64,000 bases of DNA, from NCBI RefSeq assembly GCF_009914755.1, contig NC_060936.1; one strand, given 5' to 3'. Each line of letters begins with the position of its first letter. Position 1 is the stretch's first letter. This DNA comes from the human T2T-CHM13v2.0 reference genome, Homo sapiens. Made by a program: the position numbers and the translations under genes. Below are positions 59,657 through 64,000 of the stretch, piece by piece. The notes below the pieces were generated by a model. It had not been told where the DNA came from and ran no database searches. It was given only the letters and a program-made list of their open reading frames with translations.

Positions 59657-60705
59657 GAATAAAATTATACTTGAATAACTATATTGCCACATCGGGATGT
59701 GTTTTCATTTGTTTTTGCTTTTTGAAACATTTAAGAGATCCAGTGTGCCTTATGGAGCCAGAAACAGTGGAGATAGTACTTGCCACAGTTTGAGAACCTC
59801 TAGAATAGCCAGAGGAAGAGAAAGAGAACACAAATACAAGACAGGGTAACTGTGAAAGATGATCTCCTCCCGTTTGCTTATGTTCTGCAAATGGTAAGCA
59901 GAAGTGAGATTTGAACTACTTAGATGCTCCCCCATGGAGCTGACTGGGGTTTTCCTTCAAGAAAAAAATAGCTCAGTCATCACGGGAAACCGTGGAACCT
60001 GAAAATATTATTGACTTAATCTTCTTTCCCAACCCTATTCCCCAAGTCTAGTCCCCTCCACATTCCTACACCAGCATGGGCATCATTTAACTAAATTTTG
60101 TCATTCTGTTTACTACATGTGATGATTTATGTATGCTGCCCAACCTAGAGTGTGAACTCTTCATGTCATGCTTGCCCCCAGCCCCAGTCATGGTATTGAC
60201 ATATGCAAGTATGTGTGGCATGTTGTATGAAATGTGAATGGATGTACCACAGAGGGGCAGGCAAATTAGTAGGTATGCCATGATTTACATGTAAGAATAG
60301 CTGAAGATATAAAAGAGAACAGGAGATTCAAAAAATTGGAGATGATGTGTAGATATTGATCTATTCCCAACTGATGGGGGAAGAGGCATACGAAGGAAAG
60401 GCATCAAAGATAACTTCAGCAACATAAACTTTGCCTGTTTTATATGTCAAGTTAGGTAAGCACCCAATATTGGGACATAGCAGTAAGAGTAGGAGAATAA
60501 TATGGGAAGAGAAAGGAGGAAAACAGCTTGGAATATGACATCAAGGGAAAGGTAAGTAAAGAATCTCCTAAAGTTAACCTAACCAAAGGGCTGAAATATC
60601 ACCATGGACAACTGTTGAACACTAAGCCCAACAAACAGAAATATTATAACATTGCAAAATCCAAAACAAACATGTGCATTATATGTTACAGAACATGAAC
60701 TATAC

Positions 60706-60769
60706 CTGAGATCTTCGATTTCTTTTATATAACTATGAATCATATTACTAATCTCCTCATTTCCTTCAC
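60706..60769 (-). CDS. KIF21A: KIF21A exon 10 (64 nt)
   Basis: tttcag|GT GAA GGA AAT...CTC AG|gtatag; [22 protein letters not shown]. Confidence 0.95.
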
Positions 60770-61098
60770 CTGAAAGACAAAATATGAAATAAAAATTTTC
60801 CTTTAAATTAAGACTTCAACAAAACAGGAGAAAAAAAAAGTCGGGAAACAAAACAATAATTTTTTAAAACACAATTCTTACAGCAAATTTTCTACCCTTT
60901 ATTACATGAGCAGACCACAAGATAATATGATTACAAAGGGAATATTTTGTTTATATAAGAATTTATTATTTTTTGAAATTAGGTATTTAACTTAAAACCA
61001 CAGACTGTATACACAGAGACTGGCATTTCTATTTCAACTATGCTAGGTAATTAGTGAACACAAAGAATGTTCCCTGCCCTCCAGAAGTTAATCCCTCA

Positions 61099-61311
<213 letters not shown>

Positions 61312-61419
61312 CTAGTAAAGGAAAATAATGTCCTTGTTGGTTGAGGAGCCTTAAAAACACAAGAGTTTTGCTTAAGAATACTCTATAACTATACAATTCT
61401 CTAACCAAGAGCGTTTTCA

Positions 61420-61807
<388 letters not shown>

Positions 61808-62022
61808 TTGGGTAGGAAAGCTTTTGAACAAACAGTTGTTAAGTTAGACTGAACATAGTTAAAGACTGTCCACAAGGAAAACTAGAGACTCTTACCTCCA
61901 AAAGGAAGGAGGACACTATTATGACAACCAAGAGATTCCAGAAACACGTATGTGTAAGGCATTATTGTGTTCAGAAAGTGCCAGCCTTAGATGTATCACA
62001 AAATGCAAAGTCAAACTCATTA

Positions 62023-62244
<222 letters not shown>

Positions 62245-64000
62245 TTAGGCTTACACATAAAAGCACCTAAAATGCTAAAATAATCATTTTTAAATTCCTA
62301 ACATTTGAATAGTATCTTCTCTTCAAGATACCAAAATATTGAGCAAATTTAAAAGCCCCTGTACTTGAAGACTATCTTAAGAAAAAGCTTTTGTTTACTT
62401 TGGGGAAATAAATTGATATTATTCACCTTTGACCTTGAGAAAGTATAAGCACATACATTTATTTCTTACCTCTTTGCTAAAAAGATTTGAAGCAGTGCAC
62501 ACAGTAATTCTAAAATTAAACTGACTACAATACATTACACTGAAAATCTAAAACCACTTCTTTCATTATTTATTCTTTCAGTATTTTAAAAATTTATTCT
62601 TAATCACCAGTATCCTGACTTTTGATGCCAGCAAAGAATTGTACACAAAATCCAATCACATTGAAACAAGAAGAGTACTTAGTATATTCTTGTGTTTCGT
62701 TATATAAACTGTCATTTGTGACTGAATGATCAGAATTACAGTTTCTGGCCAGATTACATAGGAAAAGTGGGAAACATTACTTTACGGTCATGATAAATTG
62801 ATTTAGCCACCGAAGATTAGGATAGTGAAATGCTAAGTATGCCCCATTATGTTTGTATGTTATGTTTGTAAATAAAGCAGACATGGAGATTCTAACAGAC
62901 ACTCACAAACTAACTAAAAAATGTGTAGGAACTGCAATTAAGGAGCAGTCTACTTATCCTGGTAGAAAAATCAATGCCTATCAATCATAATCTTAGCCTC
63001 CTAGTCTCCTGCTTCCAATCTTTTCTTTCGACAATAATCTCAACACAGTACTCGTAGGTACCCCTTGTCCCATTCCACACCTTTTTCCTACAACTCTTGC
63101 TTACCCTTACTGTTACTATTATTCAACAATCAACTAAGGTATCACCTAATCCAAGAACCAAATCCTCCATTTGTCTGTACCCTTTCTGCCTCCTCACACC
63201 TTTTGGATATCTCTTTTGCATTCTTTATATTATTATTATATTGAAATTTTATAGACCCCAAAACTCTTAGACTTTAGATTCCTAAAGGACAGGGATTATC
63301 AAGTTTTATTTATCAGCATACTTCTAAACATATAACACAACATTTGAACCAATATTAGGTCATTAACAATTGTGATGTGTGTCATGTGTACATAATATTT
63401 ACTGGGGGTCAGAAAGTTAAAATAATTCATGCCATTTTAGTTTTCTCTTTTGATAAAGAAAATAAGGTAATTCAGTAAGCGTGAGGATTATGGATGCTGA
63501 TTAGAGAATAGAGCAACTTGAAGTGTGGTCCCCAGTCTAGCACCAGTCTGCAGATTATTTTTACTTACATAAAATTGGGGAAAATAAATTTATATTAGCC
63601 TTCTTTGACCCACAACACCTTGAGTAAGCACAGGTACATACATCCATTTCTTACTTATTTACAAAAAATGTTTAAAGTAATGCAGAAATTGCAAGTAAGC
63701 ACTTTAGAAACTTCCACAACACTTGAACTTCCTGTAATCAATGACCTCCTCTCATTGAGTATAGATCAGTTCAAGTGTTTTCAAACTCCGATGGTGAGTC
63801 ACAAATGGGGCAAGCTCTGTATGGTCATGCACAATATTAACTCACCACAAATTGGAAAGAAGGGAAGGACTCGCCTTTAACAAATATTTTGAGAAGTGCT
63901 GGGATCAAGGGCTTAAGAAGAATAGTGAAAGTCAGGAATAAGAGTAACTGGCAAGGATCAATTGTATAGGGAAAACATCATATATTAAACAAAACCCAAA

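Overview
Primate (human-like) AT-rich genomic DNA. The whole window lies inside the kinesin-4 gene KIF21A on the minus strand. I read 30 consecutive coding exons (exons 8-37, numbered from my recollection of the 38-exon, 1674-aa isoform). All have GT-AG boundaries and consistent phases. They run from the end of the motor domain through the coiled-coil stalk (including the autoinhibitory CFEOM1 hotspot, which carries the reference R954 CGG codon here), the KANK-binding peptide and most of the WD40 propeller. Exons 1-7 and 38 lie outside the window. The introns hold Alu/FAM/FLAM, L1, L2, MIR, L3, a MER68-like LTR and DNA transposons. Most ORFs in the supplied track are exon read-throughs or repeat artefacts. 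I see no new gene or new biological system. The strongest unexplained structure is an L1PA2/3 insertion carrying a ~180-bp 3' transduction inside a perfect 15-bp TSD. Other leads are a nested Tigger3/Tigger1/Alu cluster, an RBFOX-motif-rich microexon module, a run of symmetric cassette exons ending in a NAGNAG microexon, and several unannotated cryptic-exon candidates. The cryptic exons are hypotheses from splice motifs only.
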